Source: Candidatus Bathyarchaeia archaeon (lineage in GTDB: Archaea; Thermoproteota; Bathyarchaeia; Bathyarchaeales; Bathycorpusculaceae). Taken from it: DNA of 64,000 nucleotides. Below, one piece after another: positions 1-9,359 of this stretch. The stretch is from positions 96,001 through 160,000 of the forward strand of contig JBEKWR010000001.1 of NCBI GenBank assembly GCA_049512935.1. The letters are read 5' to 3'. The notes beneath the pieces are model-generated. The model searched no databases. It was not told the DNA's origin and was given only the letters and a program-made list of their open reading frames with translations. How positions within the stretch are numbered: position 1 is the stretch's first letter; every line of letters begins with the position of its first letter. The position numbers and the translations under genes are program-made.

Positions 1-60
1 AAACTTTCTTGTCGCTGTTTCTAGGCGGCGGGTTTTGGCGGGTCGCCTGTTTTCGGGCGC

Positions 61-237
61 TTTTTGTGTTGGTTTTTTGTCACAAATAGTAGCCTACCCT
101 ATAGGGTCGTAATGAGTCAAAATACGCCATTTTTGTGATGGTTTCTGGTCACAAATACTAGACCCCCTCCCCCGTCTTTGTGAACCCATATTTACCTTGG
201 TTTTGATGTAAATATTAGGTACCCCTGTAGGGTAGGC
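61..237. repeat. Cluster of direct and inverted repeats in non-coding DNA
   Basis: 32-nt direct repeat 61-92 / 130-161 (28/32), each copy carrying a TTTGTG(A)-N10-TCACAAA dyad; inverted pair GCCTACCCTATAGGG 92-106 / CCCTGTAGGGTAGGC 223-237 (14/15). Confidence 0.7.
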
Positions 238-471
238 GGATTGTTTGAAGGGGAAGTTTTGGGTTGGTTTCTTGGTTTGGAGCCCAAATCAAGCAGAGGG
301 CACCCGTGTTCTCCAGCTTGGAATAAAGACTTTTAGCCCATTTTTCAGGTATAAACCCATTCATACCTGTTCTCCTTGCCTTCCCCATTCAATCAGGGCT
401 TGTTTCAGGTTGTTTTATTGAGTTAGAGCTTGAATTGGGCTCAAAATAGCTTGGGCTAAAAACGGGGAAAG

Positions 472-1680
472 TTATCTTGCTTTGCTTTTCTTCATGAATC
501 CTTCCAGCGCGTTGAACGCTTCTTCCAGCTCTGCAATCGGCGGCAGAAAAACAGCCCTTGCGTGACCTTTGCCGTAGACTGGGTCGAAGCCTGAGCCGTT
601 GACGGTTAGGACGCCTGTTGCCTTGAGCAGGTCGACAACGAAGTCCATGTCGGTCTTCCACGTTGAGCCTATGCCGCTGATTCTTGGGAAGATGTAGAAT
701 GCTCCTTCAGGCTTGGTTGTGCTTATGCCTTGGATTTCGTTGAGCCGTTTCCACGCGAAATCTCTTCGCTCCTTGAGCCTTTCCACGATGTCTTTGACGC
801 AGTCCTGCGGACCGTTGAGCGCGGCGTTCGCGGCTATCTGCACGGGCGTGTTGGCGCAGATGCGTATTCGGCACTCCTTCTCAACGCCCTCCTTGAGCCG
901 TTCGAGCCTTTTGCCCTCGCCTTTGAAGTACATGTATCCTAAACGCAGACCCGTCATCGAGTAGACTTTTGAGAAGCCGTTTAACCCGACGACTGGCACG
1001 TCTTTAGAGAGGTACGCTGCGCTGACGAACTCTTTCTCGTAAGTTAATTGGTCGTAAATCTCATCCGACAGAACGGGCAGGTCATGTTCGCCTGCGATGT
1101 CCAAAATGTCCTTAATCATTTTCCTGTCGTACACTGAACCAGTCGGGTTGTTAGGGTTAATTATTACGATAGCGCGGGTTTTCTTGCTTATTTTCTTACG
1201 CAGGTCATCGATGTTTGGGTGCCAACATTCCTTCTCGATGGTTTCGTATGAGACAGGGGTCCCGTCGAAAAACCTTGTGTAGGAAATGTACGGTGGGTAG
1301 GTTGGGCCTGGAAAAAGGATTTCATCGCCTTTTTCAACTAAGGCGCCGAGAAGCATCTGGATTCCTTCAGAGATACCCTCGGTTATCAGCACCTTATCTG
1401 CTGTGATGTCTACGTTGTTGACTTTTTTCTCTTTTCTAACGATGGATTCCCTGAGGTCAAGTCTTCCTTCTGAAGGCGAATAGTAGTTATCATCCTTTTG
1501 AACTGCTGCGCATAGGGCGTCTTTGACGTTTTGCGGGGTTTTAAAATCGAAAGCCGCGGGGTCGCCGATGTTTAGATAATAGATTTTTCTGCCGTCGGCT
1601 ACAAGCTGCGTAGTGTACGCTATCACGTCCCGTATTGCATATTCGATGTTTGAGGCTCTGCTGGTCACCTTGACGCTCAA
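472..1680 (-). CDS. PLP-dependent aminotransferase class I/II (AlaA/aspartate aminotransferase-like)
   Basis: LNIGDP, INPNNPTG, SDEIYD, GFSKVYSMTGLRLGY (PLP lysine) motifs; TTG start. Confidence 0.93.
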   Translation of the reverse strand: MSVKVTSRASNIEYAIRDVIAYTTQLVADGRKIYYLNIGDPAAFDFKTPQNVKDALCAAVQKDDNYYSPSEGRLDLRESIVRKEKKVNNVDITADKVLITEGISEGIQMLLGALVEKGDEILFPGPTYPPYISYTRFFDGTPVSYETIEKECWHPNIDDLRKKISKKTRAIVIINPNNPTGSVYDRKMIKDILDIAGEHDLPVLSDEIYDQLTYEKEFVSAAYLSKDVPVVGLNGFSKVYSMTGLRLGYMYFKGEGKRLERLKEGVEKECRIRICANTPVQIAANAALNGPQDCVKDIVERLKERRDFAWKRLNEIQGISTTKPEGAFYIFPRISGIGSTWKTDMDFVVDLLKATGVLTVNGSGFDPVYGKGHARAVFLPPIAELEEAFNALEGFMKKSKAR

Positions 1681-1800
1681 GTTATGTTACCTGTTACCCA
1701 AACACTTGCTAACCCAAAAATCAAGCTTCCGAACGGCTGGGTTTAGATGAAGAGGCTAAACAGCTTGAGGCGCAGGGTGATTTAAGAGCTGAGAGTTCTG

Positions 1801-3243
1801 TCAGTATGATCGTGCAAAGTACGCTGTTTCCTTGGCTTTCTGCCCGCAGTAGATGCAGCCAGTTTCTGGTTCTTCCTTCTCGAACGGCAAAACCCTGATG
1901 GTTGCGCCCGTCTCATCTTTAAGCTTAGCTTCGCAGTCAGCGCTACCACACCAAGCTGCCTTCAAAAAGCCGCCTTTGTCACAGAGGACTTTCTTGAACT
2001 CCTCGTAGCTTCGCGCGGTGCTGGTGCTGCTTTGCATAAAGGTTTTTGCCTTTGTAAACAGGTTTTCTTGAATTTCCTGCAGAAGCTTCTCTGTGGCTGC
2101 TGGTATGTCGGCTTCTTTAACTGGGGTTTTTTGGCCGTTGTCCCTTCTGACCATGATGACTTGTCCTTGTTTGAGGTCCCGTGGACCAATCTCTATTCTG
2201 ACTGGGACGCCTTTGAGTTCCCACTGGTTAAACTTCCAGCCAGGCGTGTACTCCTGGCGGTCGTCCAAAATGACGCTGAAACCCTTGGCCTTTAGTGTTC
2301 CAGTTATTTCTTGTGCCTTTGCAACAATGGCGGCTGCTTCGGCAACCTTGAAGAGAATCGGAACAATAACGACTTGAACTGGCGCGACTTTAGGCGGAAT
2401 AACTAATCCTTTGTCGTCGCCGTGAACCATAACCATCGCGCCGATGAGCCGTGTGCTGATGCCCCAGCTGGTTTGCCAAACGTAATGGTCCAGCTTGTCC
2501 TCGCCTATGTATTTGACGTCGAAGACCTTGGCGAAGTTCTGTCCAAGGTTGTGGCTGGTTCCCATCTGCAACGCTTTCCCGTCAGGCATCATCGCTTCCA
2601 ACGACGTGGTGTACACTGCTCCAGCGAACTTTTCACTTTCGCTTTTAACGCCCGCGAGTACTGGGATAGCTAGGTAGTTTTCGATTACGTTCCTGTACTC
2701 GTTCAGCGCGTAGAGGACTTCTGCTTCGGCTTCCTCTTTTGTGGCGTGGGCTGTGTGACCTTCTTGCCAGAGGAATTCTCGTGTCCGCAGGAAAAGCCTT
2801 GTGGATTTAGTTTCCCAACGGACGATGTTGCACCACTGGTTAATCTTGATGGGTAGGTCTCGCCAACTGCGAATCCACTTGGAAAATGTAGCGTACATTA
2901 TCGTCTCGCTGGTCGGTCTGATAGCCACCTTCTCTTCCAGCTCCGTGTCTCCGCCCTGGCTAATCCAAGCGACTTCAGGCGTGAAACCTGCAAAGTGTTC
3001 AGCCTCTTTCTTAAGCAAGCTTTCAGGGATAAACATGGGAAAATACACGTTGCGGTGCCCCGTCGCTTTGATTCTCTGGTTGAATGTTTCCTGGATTTTC
3101 TCCCAAACTGCGTAGGCATCCTCGCGGATTATCATGCAGCCTCTAACGGGCGCGTAATCTGCAAGCCCAGCTTTTAGGATGACTTCCACGTACCACTCTG
3201 AGAAGTCCTGACTTTTCTTTATGGTGACTCCAGTGTCTGACAT
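1801..3243 (-). CDS. proS: Proline--tRNA ligase (archaeal/eukaryotic type)
   Basis: IRPTSET, VRWE..FLRTREFLWQEGHT, GTSHNLGQNF, C-terminal Zn site and FARSY end; start trimmed to ATG 3243. Confidence 0.97.
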   Translation of the reverse strand: MSDTGVTIKKSQDFSEWYVEVILKAGLADYAPVRGCMIIREDAYAVWEKIQETFNQRIKATGHRNVYFPMFIPESLLKKEAEHFAGFTPEVAWISQGGDTELEEKVAIRPTSETIMYATFSKWIRSWRDLPIKINQWCNIVRWETKSTRLFLRTREFLWQEGHTAHATKEEAEAEVLYALNEYRNVIENYLAIPVLAGVKSESEKFAGAVYTTSLEAMMPDGKALQMGTSHNLGQNFAKVFDVKYIGEDKLDHYVWQTSWGISTRLIGAMVMVHGDDKGLVIPPKVAPVQVVIVPILFKVAEAAAIVAKAQEITGTLKAKGFSVILDDRQEYTPGWKFNQWELKGVPVRIEIGPRDLKQGQVIMVRRDNGQKTPVKEADIPAATEKLLQEIQENLFTKAKTFMQSSTSTARSYEEFKKVLCDKGGFLKAAWCGSADCEAKLKDETGATIRVLPFEKEEPETGCIYCGQKAKETAYFARSY

Positions 3244-3423
3244 GGCTCTTTTCTCTTCTTTGCTGTCTTTACGGCTACAGGATATAAAACCGTAACGGGT
3301 GGGGAAACAAAAATGTTGGCTGAGAAATTCGGTAAAGAGGTTGACTTTAGCGCTTGAATTGTGAACTTGCGAAAAAGTTATCTGCCAACCGCTTCTAAGT
3401 AGCATTCAAGGAAGCGATGCCCG

Positions 3424-3861
3424 ATGGCAGAAGAGCGTTATGCTTACATGCTGATTGTTGACAAAAAGTATTGGGAAGCCTTCCTCGCCAAAAGCAAAGC
3501 CGCCCCTAAAGCACAGGCTTTTGTGAGGAGAAACCAGGTTGGACCCAAACAGGTTGAGAAGTTGCTGTTCTACGTTACGGGGAAGAAGCAGGTTTTGGGT
3601 TCGGCTGATTTTCTGGAGCGTTTAGCAGGGAACTTTGAGGATTTATGGGCGAAGTACGGTGGCGAAAGCTGCTTTGAGTCCTTCGAAGAGTACAAGAAAT
3701 TCGCCGACGACAGGTTAAAGATGACTTTCATCAGGTTCAGCAATCTTACCGAAACAGCTAACCCGAAGCCTAAGGAGGAAGTTTCGAAGGTTCTTGGTTC
3801 AATACGCGGCTTTGGTGCGGGAAGATTCTTGGATAAGCAGACTGCAATGCAGTTAGTGTAA
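3424..3861 (+). CDS. Hypothetical protein, probable ASCH/PUA-like (DUF365-like) nucleic-acid-binding fold
   Basis: KLLFYVT..KQVLGSADF, LWAKYG and EEYKKF patterns typical of ASCH/EVE-like proteins. Confidence 0.55.
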   Translation: MAEERYAYMLIVDKKYWEAFLAKSKAAPKAQAFVRRNQVGPKQVEKLLFYVTGKKQVLGSADFLERLAGNFEDLWAKYGGESCFESFEEYKKFADDRLKMTFIRFSNLTETANPKPKEEVSKVLGSIRGFGAGRFLDKQTAMQLV

Positions 3862-3909
3862 ACGATTAAATGTGTGACCTAATACTCCTAAGCTAGAAGT
3901 GAAGACGTA

Positions 3910-4233
3910 ATGTTCCGCGTAAGAGTAAACAAAATCGAGTCAACCCGTGATTTAGACGGCAACCTTGGAAAAAGAATTGAGTTGATGGAAGAGCGAGAAG
4001 TTAACCCGTACGTGCTCAGACCCCAGTCGGACGAAGGGAAAATGGCTCAGGACATTATGCAGGCACTTCAACAGCAAATGCCCTTTCTACCGCAGAGAAC
4101 CCAGCTTTCCACGCCGAAAATCATTCTGTTCCTAACCGAGCAAGAATACGACAGTTTAGGCATAGTCTTCGATGTCAACCAAGTCTACGAAGTTGCACTG
4201 GAAAACCAAGCGATCTGCTTTAGGAAAGTTTGA
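3910..4233 (+). CDS. Arcadin-1 family protein
   Basis: KRIELMEERE...PKIILFLTEQEYDSLG..FDVNQVYEVALENQAI resembles Pyrobaculum arcadin-1 in pattern and length. Confidence 0.75.
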   Translation: MFRVRVNKIESTRDLDGNLGKRIELMEEREVNPYVLRPQSDEGKMAQDIMQALQQQMPFLPQRTQLSTPKIILFLTEQEYDSLGIVFDVNQVYEVALENQAICFRKV

Positions 4234-4555
4234 GAATTTCTTTTCTCATCTGCCGCAGCGCCGTGTGCTTCGGATGAAAAGACAAGACGAACATCATGCT
4301 TCTTAACGCTGAACAAATCTCGTCTAAATCAGACATTTTTCCTTCGTCGCAGTAAAGCGGCACAGGCTCATCGAAACCGTCATCTTCATAATAAACGTAG
4401 ATCGGTGACGACGCCTTCAACTTTACCATTTCAAAGTTCAGGTTCAGCCGTTTAGCCGTTTGCTGTGTCGCTGTTCTAACTGACTCCAACCGTTTCCTGT
4501 GTGGCACGCCGCTTGACGCGTAAACCATTAGTTTCCCGCTGTTTTCCTTGAACAT
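4220..4555 (-). CDS. Uncharacterised 111-aa protein (candidate DNA-damage-regulon member)
   Basis: ATG 4555 preceded by GGTGA SD and TTTAAA box (4597-4592); no family recognised. Confidence 0.75.
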   Translation of the reverse strand: MFKENSGKLMVYASSGVPHRKRLESVRTATQQTAKRLNLNFEMVKLKASSPIYVYYEDDGFDEPVPLYCDEGKMSDLDEICSALRSMMFVLSFHPKHTALRQMRKEILKLS

Positions 4556-4627
4556 GACACAATCACCAGCACCCCCTCTGCTGAGAACTCTTTTAAAGAA
4601 AACCTTGAAACGACTGTTCAGGGCAGG

Positions 4628-4650
4628 GGAGGGGTAACTGAAAGTGAACG
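4628..4650 (-). promoter_or_regulatory. Putative DNA-damage-response element, copy 1 (CGTTCACTTTCAgttACCCCTCC)
   Basis: 20/23 identical to 29723-29745 upstream of radA, same orientation, same 31-nt offset to TATA. Confidence 0.7.
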
Positions 4651-4704
4651 CTGCCACGCTCAAGAAAACGGCATCTAAGTTTGGTTAATAGCCAAAAAAG
4701 CCGG

Positions 4705-5205
4705 CTACCGTGCGAGGGTGTTAAGCTCCAATGGTACCTTGAGCTTACCGCACCACTCTGATATTTTGTTCTCAGCGTCCTCTTTGTTTTCACGCAGCCT
4801 AACGATGATTAGGTCCACAGCCGGATTGCTTTCGGGCAACAGTTCTTTCGTCTTCTCGATGGCTTTTTCCCCTCCGTTTCCCTCATTTGTGCAGAAAATC
4901 GCGACTCTTTTTCCTGCGAGGCTGTTTTTCTTCAAGTAGGTTCTGATGGCAGGTGTTGGCCTCGTAAACCAGACGGGAGTTCCGACAACTATGAGGTCGT
5001 AGAGCTCAGGGGATTTTGCGGTGGCAGATATCTTGGTTTCTCTGCCGAGCATAGCGTCAAGAGAAGCCTTCATGAAGGCGGACATCCCGAATCGTTTCTT
5101 TAAGTCAACAACCTCTTCAATGTCTGCCCCGAGATGTTGAGCTACTGTCTCAGCAACGAACTGAGTGTTACCCGTTCGAGAATAGTAAACGACTAAGGTC
5201 TTCAT
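4705..5205 (-). CDS. Flavodoxin
   Basis: VVYYSRTGNT FMN loop, VVGTPVW, AIFCT; start trimmed to ATG 5205. Confidence 0.9.
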   Translation of the reverse strand: MKTLVVYYSRTGNTQFVAETVAQHLGADIEEVVDLKKRFGMSAFMKASLDAMLGRETKISATAKSPELYDLIVVGTPVWFTRPTPAIRTYLKKNSLAGKRVAIFCTNEGNGGEKAIEKTKELLPESNPAVDLIIVRLRENKEDAENKISEWCGKLKVPLELNTLAR

Positions 5206-5420
5206 TATTTCTTCTCCGTTGGCTAAATATGACAAGCAAGTTTTAAATGCTTGCCAGCGTAAAAACGCAGTGCGACGCCATTTTCTAAGTAAAAAATCGT
5301 TTGCCTGAATAAATTTTTCTTGCACACTTTGGGCGAAAAAATCAAAGCATTTTAGAACAGGAAATATTTTTTTAAATTAATCTTAAATTTGAGCCACCCA
5401 GTATAGAATTGGAATGGCAA

Positions 5421-5699
5421 ATGGTTAACGTTAGGGCGCACGTGTTCGTGAGCGGCAGGGTTCAAGGCGTCTTCTTCAGGCAAAAAACCAGGCGGCTGGC
5501 AGAAGGCCGCGGCGTTACAGGATGGGTTCGCAACTTGGATGATGGCAGGGTGGAAGCCGTTTTTGAAGGCGAAGAAGCCGACGTTAACGCGCTTGTGGAT
5601 TTCTGCAGGGGCGGACCGAGGGGCGCGGTCATAACGAACGTTGACGTCACATGGGAAGAGTTTGAGGGCGAATTTCAGAGTTTTGAAGTTACCTATTAG
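5421..5699 (+). CDS. acyP: Acylphosphatase
   Basis: VSGRVQGVFFR and GWVRNLDDGRVE signatures. Confidence 0.95.
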   Translation: MVNVRAHVFVSGRVQGVFFRQKTRRLAEGRGVTGWVRNLDDGRVEAVFEGEEADVNALVDFCRGGPRGAVITNVDVTWEEFEGEFQSFEVTY

Positions 5700-5749
5700 C
5701 CGCCGCTTATCTGCTTAAATCTTAGGCTTCACCTTAATCTTGGCGAGGC

Positions 5750-6292
5750 ATGTTCATGACCGTGCTCGGTTTAGTCGGTAGCCCGCGGAGGGGCAGCAAC
5801 ACTGACCTGCTTGTAAGCGCCGTTCTGGAAGGCGCATCCGCAAGCAATCATCCCGTGGACAAGGTTTACCTCTACGACGTTGACGTGGCGCCATGCGTCG
5901 ACTGCAAAGCGTGCAAAAAAGGCAGCTTCAAATGCGCGGTCAACGACGGAATGCAAGCGCTTTACCCGAAGCTGGAGGAAGCGGACGTGATAGTTTTCGG
6001 AACCCCGCTGTACTGGTATGGACCCTCGGCGAAGATGAAACTGCTCGTAGACAGACTGCGGCCATTTGCAGCATCGGGAAAGCTTAGAGGCAAAAAAGCA
6101 GTGTTAGTGATTCCCTCCGAGGAAGGAGCGGAGGCGTGCGAATTCGCCGTTGGCATGTTTACCCTGTCTTTCAAGTATTTAGGGGTGGATTTGGCGGGCA
6201 CAATGTTGCCGAAAGCCTCGGAACGCGCAGAAATCAAAGAGCAGCCTCAAACGCTTAACGAAGCGTGGAAACTTGGAAAAAACCTGAAGTAG
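5750..6292 (+). CDS. Iron-sulfur flavoprotein / NADPH-dependent FMN reductase family
   Basis: GSPRRGSNT, CxxCxxCxxxxxxC cluster motif, FGTPLYW. Confidence 0.9.
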   Translation: MFMTVLGLVGSPRRGSNTDLLVSAVLEGASASNHPVDKVYLYDVDVAPCVDCKACKKGSFKCAVNDGMQALYPKLEEADVIVFGTPLYWYGPSAKMKLLVDRLRPFAASGKLRGKKAVLVIPSEEGAEACEFAVGMFTLSFKYLGVDLAGTMLPKASERAEIKEQPQTLNEAWKLGKNLK

Positions 6293-6304
6293 ATGACGCC
6301 GAGT

Positions 6305-6724
6305 TTACGCTTTTTTCTTGGGCACCCTGAAATGCGAGTCTTTCCCGGCGCTGATGTATTCCCCGCCCATGCCTCTGACTGCCGAGGCGATTTTCGCGAA
6401 TTTTTCGGAGCCCAAGTACCCTTGCAGCTTGATTATTATGTAGTCGCCTTTTTCTTCGAAGCCAAGCAGGTTTTCGAGTTCTTCAGGAAAAGACATGCGA
6501 ATGTCGTCAACACCCCGAAGTTTCGGCGCGGTCTGTGCCGCTGGCGCTGGAGCAGGCGTTTGAACGGGTTGGGCGGGCGGCGGCGTCTGGGCAACTTGCC
6601 CCGTTGATAGCGCCTTAAGCGAGGCGGAGACGGATCGCAGCTGTTCTGAAACTTTGCTCAGTGTTACGGCAAGCTCCTCTACTTTGCCGACTATCTCATT
6701 TAGCTTTTCCTTGTCAGTGCTCAT
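6305..6724 (-). CDS. Hypothetical protein (N-terminal coiled coil, Pro/Ala linker, small C-terminal domain)
   Basis: Protein-like 139-aa ORF filling the gap between convergent/divergent genes. Confidence 0.75.
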   Translation of the reverse strand: MSTDKEKLNEIVGKVEELAVTLSKVSEQLRSVSASLKALSTGQVAQTPPPAQPVQTPAPAPAAQTAPKLRGVDDIRMSFPEELENLLGFEEKGDYIIIKLQGYLGSEKFAKIASAVRGMGGEYISAGKDSHFRVPKKKA

Positions 6725-6818
6725 CCCTAACGCTTCCTCTTAAACTTCTAAATAACCCAAGACGCTTATTAATTATTTGCAACTTCAAATCGAGCTTGAC
6801 CTCTGGAAGAATAACGGC

Positions 6819-7856
6819 ATGATTGAAATTGACGGGAGCCAAAAAAGCGGCAGCGGAACCATACTTCGCCTCTCAGTAGCCCTGGCAGCCATCATAAACC
6901 AGCCGCTACACATCTACAACATCAGGCAAAACCGCCCGCAGCCAGGCTTGAAGCATCAGCATTTGGAGGCGGTTCTGACGGCGGCGAAGCTTTCCAACGC
7001 AAACGTGCAAGGCGCAACCTTAGGTTCAAGGGAGATCTGGTTCACGCCTCAGCACGTAGGAGGCGGCGAGGTTGAGGCGGAAATCGAGACCGCTGGAAGC
7101 ATCCCGATGCTGCTGTTAGCGGTTCTGCCAGTCTGCCTGTTCGCCGACAAACCCGTCCGCCTGCACGTTGCCAAGGGGGGAACGGACACCACTCACGCGC
7201 CAACCATCAACTACCTGCGAAACGTGTTTTTGCCCACGCTGGCTCGGATGGGCGTTGAAGCCGAACTAAACGTGCAGAAATACGGGTACTACCCGAAGGG
7301 CATGGGCGAGGCAACGATGACGGTTAAGCCGAACCCCGCGTTAAAACCAGTTACGCTGGAGAATTTCGGCACGCTGAAGCGGGTCAGCGGCGTTTCCGTG
7401 TGCACTTTCCTAGCTGACAGGCACGTCGCCGAAAGGCAGGCGAAAGCGGCAAAGGGCGTCCTGTCGCAAAACAGGTACAGCGCTGACGTTCAGGTGGTAA
7501 ACGACGAGTCAAACCCTTTCCAGAAGGGAAGCTCGATGGTTCTGTGGGCGGAAACCGACACGGGCTTAAGGATAGGCGCCGACGCCATCGGGCAACTGCG
7601 GAAAACGGCGGAGGAAGTCGGCAGGGAAGCCGCGGAAAAACTCGTTGCCGAGCTGTCTGCGCAGCCGACGGTTGACGTTTTCTTGGCGGACATGCTTATC
7701 CCCTACGTGGCGCTTGCAAGGGGCAAATCATCATTCTACGCCAGAGCCGTCACAGAGCACATCGAGTCGAACGTGTGGCTGATGGAGAAAATGTTAAACG
7801 TAAAATTCACCGTTCAGAAAGTAAACAGCCTCTACAGGATAGAGAAAAGCAGCTGA
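6819..7856 (+). CDS. rtcA: RNA 3'-terminal phosphate cyclase
   Basis: IEIDGS..GSGTILR, RPQPGL..QH, GGTD, GYYPKGMG, FLADML, TEHIESN (catalytic His). Confidence 0.95.
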   Translation: MIEIDGSQKSGSGTILRLSVALAAIINQPLHIYNIRQNRPQPGLKHQHLEAVLTAAKLSNANVQGATLGSREIWFTPQHVGGGEVEAEIETAGSIPMLLLAVLPVCLFADKPVRLHVAKGGTDTTHAPTINYLRNVFLPTLARMGVEAELNVQKYGYYPKGMGEATMTVKPNPALKPVTLENFGTLKRVSGVSVCTFLADRHVAERQAKAAKGVLSQNRYSADVQVVNDESNPFQKGSSMVLWAETDTGLRIGADAIGQLRKTAEEVGREAAEKLVAELSAQPTVDVFLADMLIPYVALARGKSSFYARAVTEHIESNVWLMEKMLNVKFTVQKVNSLYRIEKSS

Positions 7857-7860
7857 TCCC

Positions 7861-8931
7861 ATGGTCAAAACAGCCGTGTGCCTAAAAGTTCCGAAGAAAA
7901 AAGGCGAAACAGCAATAGTGTTAGCCAGCAAACTCGGGCTTTTGGACAAGTCGCTCAAGATTCAACGGGACAGCGATAGCCTCTGCATCCCCATGGTCAG
8001 GCAGCCATTTGAAGACGAGTTGGCGGCGCTCAACAGCCAAGTGTCCGATTACCAGTTGGAAACCAGAGCCTTCGCCGAGAAGCCGTCTGCTGCTGGAACA
8101 GTCCTGCAAACGCTCGAAGACAAGCTGCCGCCTCATCTGCTGGCAATCCTGCCTCAAGCCTTAGACATAGTAGGCGACATAGCAATCGTTGAAGTCCCGC
8201 CCGAGCTTAAACCCCACGAAAAACTGTTGGGCGAAGCAATCCTTCAAACACACAAAAACGTCAGAACCGTACTTGCCAAGGCGGGTGCGGTAGGCGGAAC
8301 CTTTCGGCTGCGTGAGTTCGCCTTTATCGCTGGGGAACGCAGGACGCAGACGGTTCACTGCGAGTTCAGCTGCCAGTTCCATGTTGACGTGGCTAAGGCG
8401 TATTTTTCTCCTCGGCTTTCACACGAGCACATGCGCGTCGCCATGCAGGTGCAACCGGGCGAAACCGTCGTGGACCTCTTCGCGGGCGTCGGACCCTTCT
8501 CGGTGCTCATCGGCAAGAAACAAGCAGACGTCCGAGTCTACGCCGTTGACATTAACCCAGAAGCCGTTGAGCTGCTCAAGGTTAACGTGAGGGTTAACAG
8601 GGTTGAAAACCGAGTCTTCCCCGCTCAGGCGGACGCGAGGCAGATTGCTACAGCCCAGCTTAAAGGCTCAGCTGACAGGGTCATAATGAACCTACCTGAA
8701 ACCGCCATCGACTTCGTTGACGCCGCTTGCTTGGCAGTTAAGCCGCAGGGTGGGATAATTCATTTTTACGCTTTTGCCCGTTCGCCCGACTCGATGGAAA
8801 AGCAGAAACTGCGTTTCGCAGAAGCCGTGAAAGACGCGGGCAGGAGGGTGGAGTCATTTCTTTGCGCCAGAAGCGTTCGTGAAACCGCGCCTTACGAGTC
8901 CCAGATTGTTTTAGACGCTAAAATCACTTAG
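7861..8931 (+). CDS. trm5: tRNA (guanine37-N1) methyltransferase, Trm5/Met-10+ family
   Basis: DIVGDIAI, YFSPRL..E, DLFAGVGPF, RVIMNLP. Confidence 0.88.
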   Translation: MVKTAVCLKVPKKKGETAIVLASKLGLLDKSLKIQRDSDSLCIPMVRQPFEDELAALNSQVSDYQLETRAFAEKPSAAGTVLQTLEDKLPPHLLAILPQALDIVGDIAIVEVPPELKPHEKLLGEAILQTHKNVRTVLAKAGAVGGTFRLREFAFIAGERRTQTVHCEFSCQFHVDVAKAYFSPRLSHEHMRVAMQVQPGETVVDLFAGVGPFSVLIGKKQADVRVYAVDINPEAVELLKVNVRVNRVENRVFPAQADARQIATAQLKGSADRVIMNLPETAIDFVDAACLAVKPQGGIIHFYAFARSPDSMEKQKLRFAEAVKDAGRRVESFLCARSVRETAPYESQIVLDAKIT

Positions 8932-9359
8932 ACAACGATGAGGGTGACTTTGATCTTCTTCTCGGGGTTCTTGAGTTTTTCAACAAGTTCCCGAGGCAGC
9001 TCGCTGGAAGATTTGTCGGCGTGGATTGCCAGGGTTCGGTCAGAGACGTAATCGCTTTTTCTAATCACCATGTCTGTCTGGCTGGTTAGAGTCAGTTTCG
9101 GGGAGCCCAACGCTTTGACGGTTTGCCTTAAGCCGCCGGCTTCAATTATGATTGTTAGCTTGGCGTTTGGTTTTTTCAGTTTTTCCTTGAATTCAGTGCT
9201 TAAGCCTGCGACGGCTTTGTCTGCTGCGACCCCGATGATGCAGTCACCCGTTTCTGAAAGATGCTTTTCTCTGGTGAACATAAGCGTGGATGGGTGAACG
9301 GCTTGAATGTTAGGGTGCCCAAAAGCCAGAAAAGTTTCTTTTGCCTGTGCGGGGCTCAA
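8928..9359 (-). CDS. DUF371 family protein
   Basis: GHPNI.A.H.ST....E..L...GDCIIGV and IRKSDY...RTL.I.ADK motifs. Confidence 0.85.
   Translation of the reverse strand: MSPAQAKETFLAFGHPNIQAVHPSTLMFTREKHLSETGDCIIGVAADKAVAGLSTEFKEKLKKPNAKLTIIIEAGGLRQTVKALGSPKLTLTSQTDMVIRKSDYVSDRTLAIHADKSSSELPRELVEKLKNPEKKIKVTLIVV

Noticed and set aside
309-330. ORB-like TCTCCAGCTTGGAATAAAG
   Set aside because: Spacing differs from the TCCAnTGGAAA pattern, there is no G-string, it is single-copy, and no cdc6 lies in the window
2631-2641. TTTCACTTTCG match to the damage-element core
   Set aside because: Inside proS coding sequence, lacks the ACCCCTCC half and a TATA box
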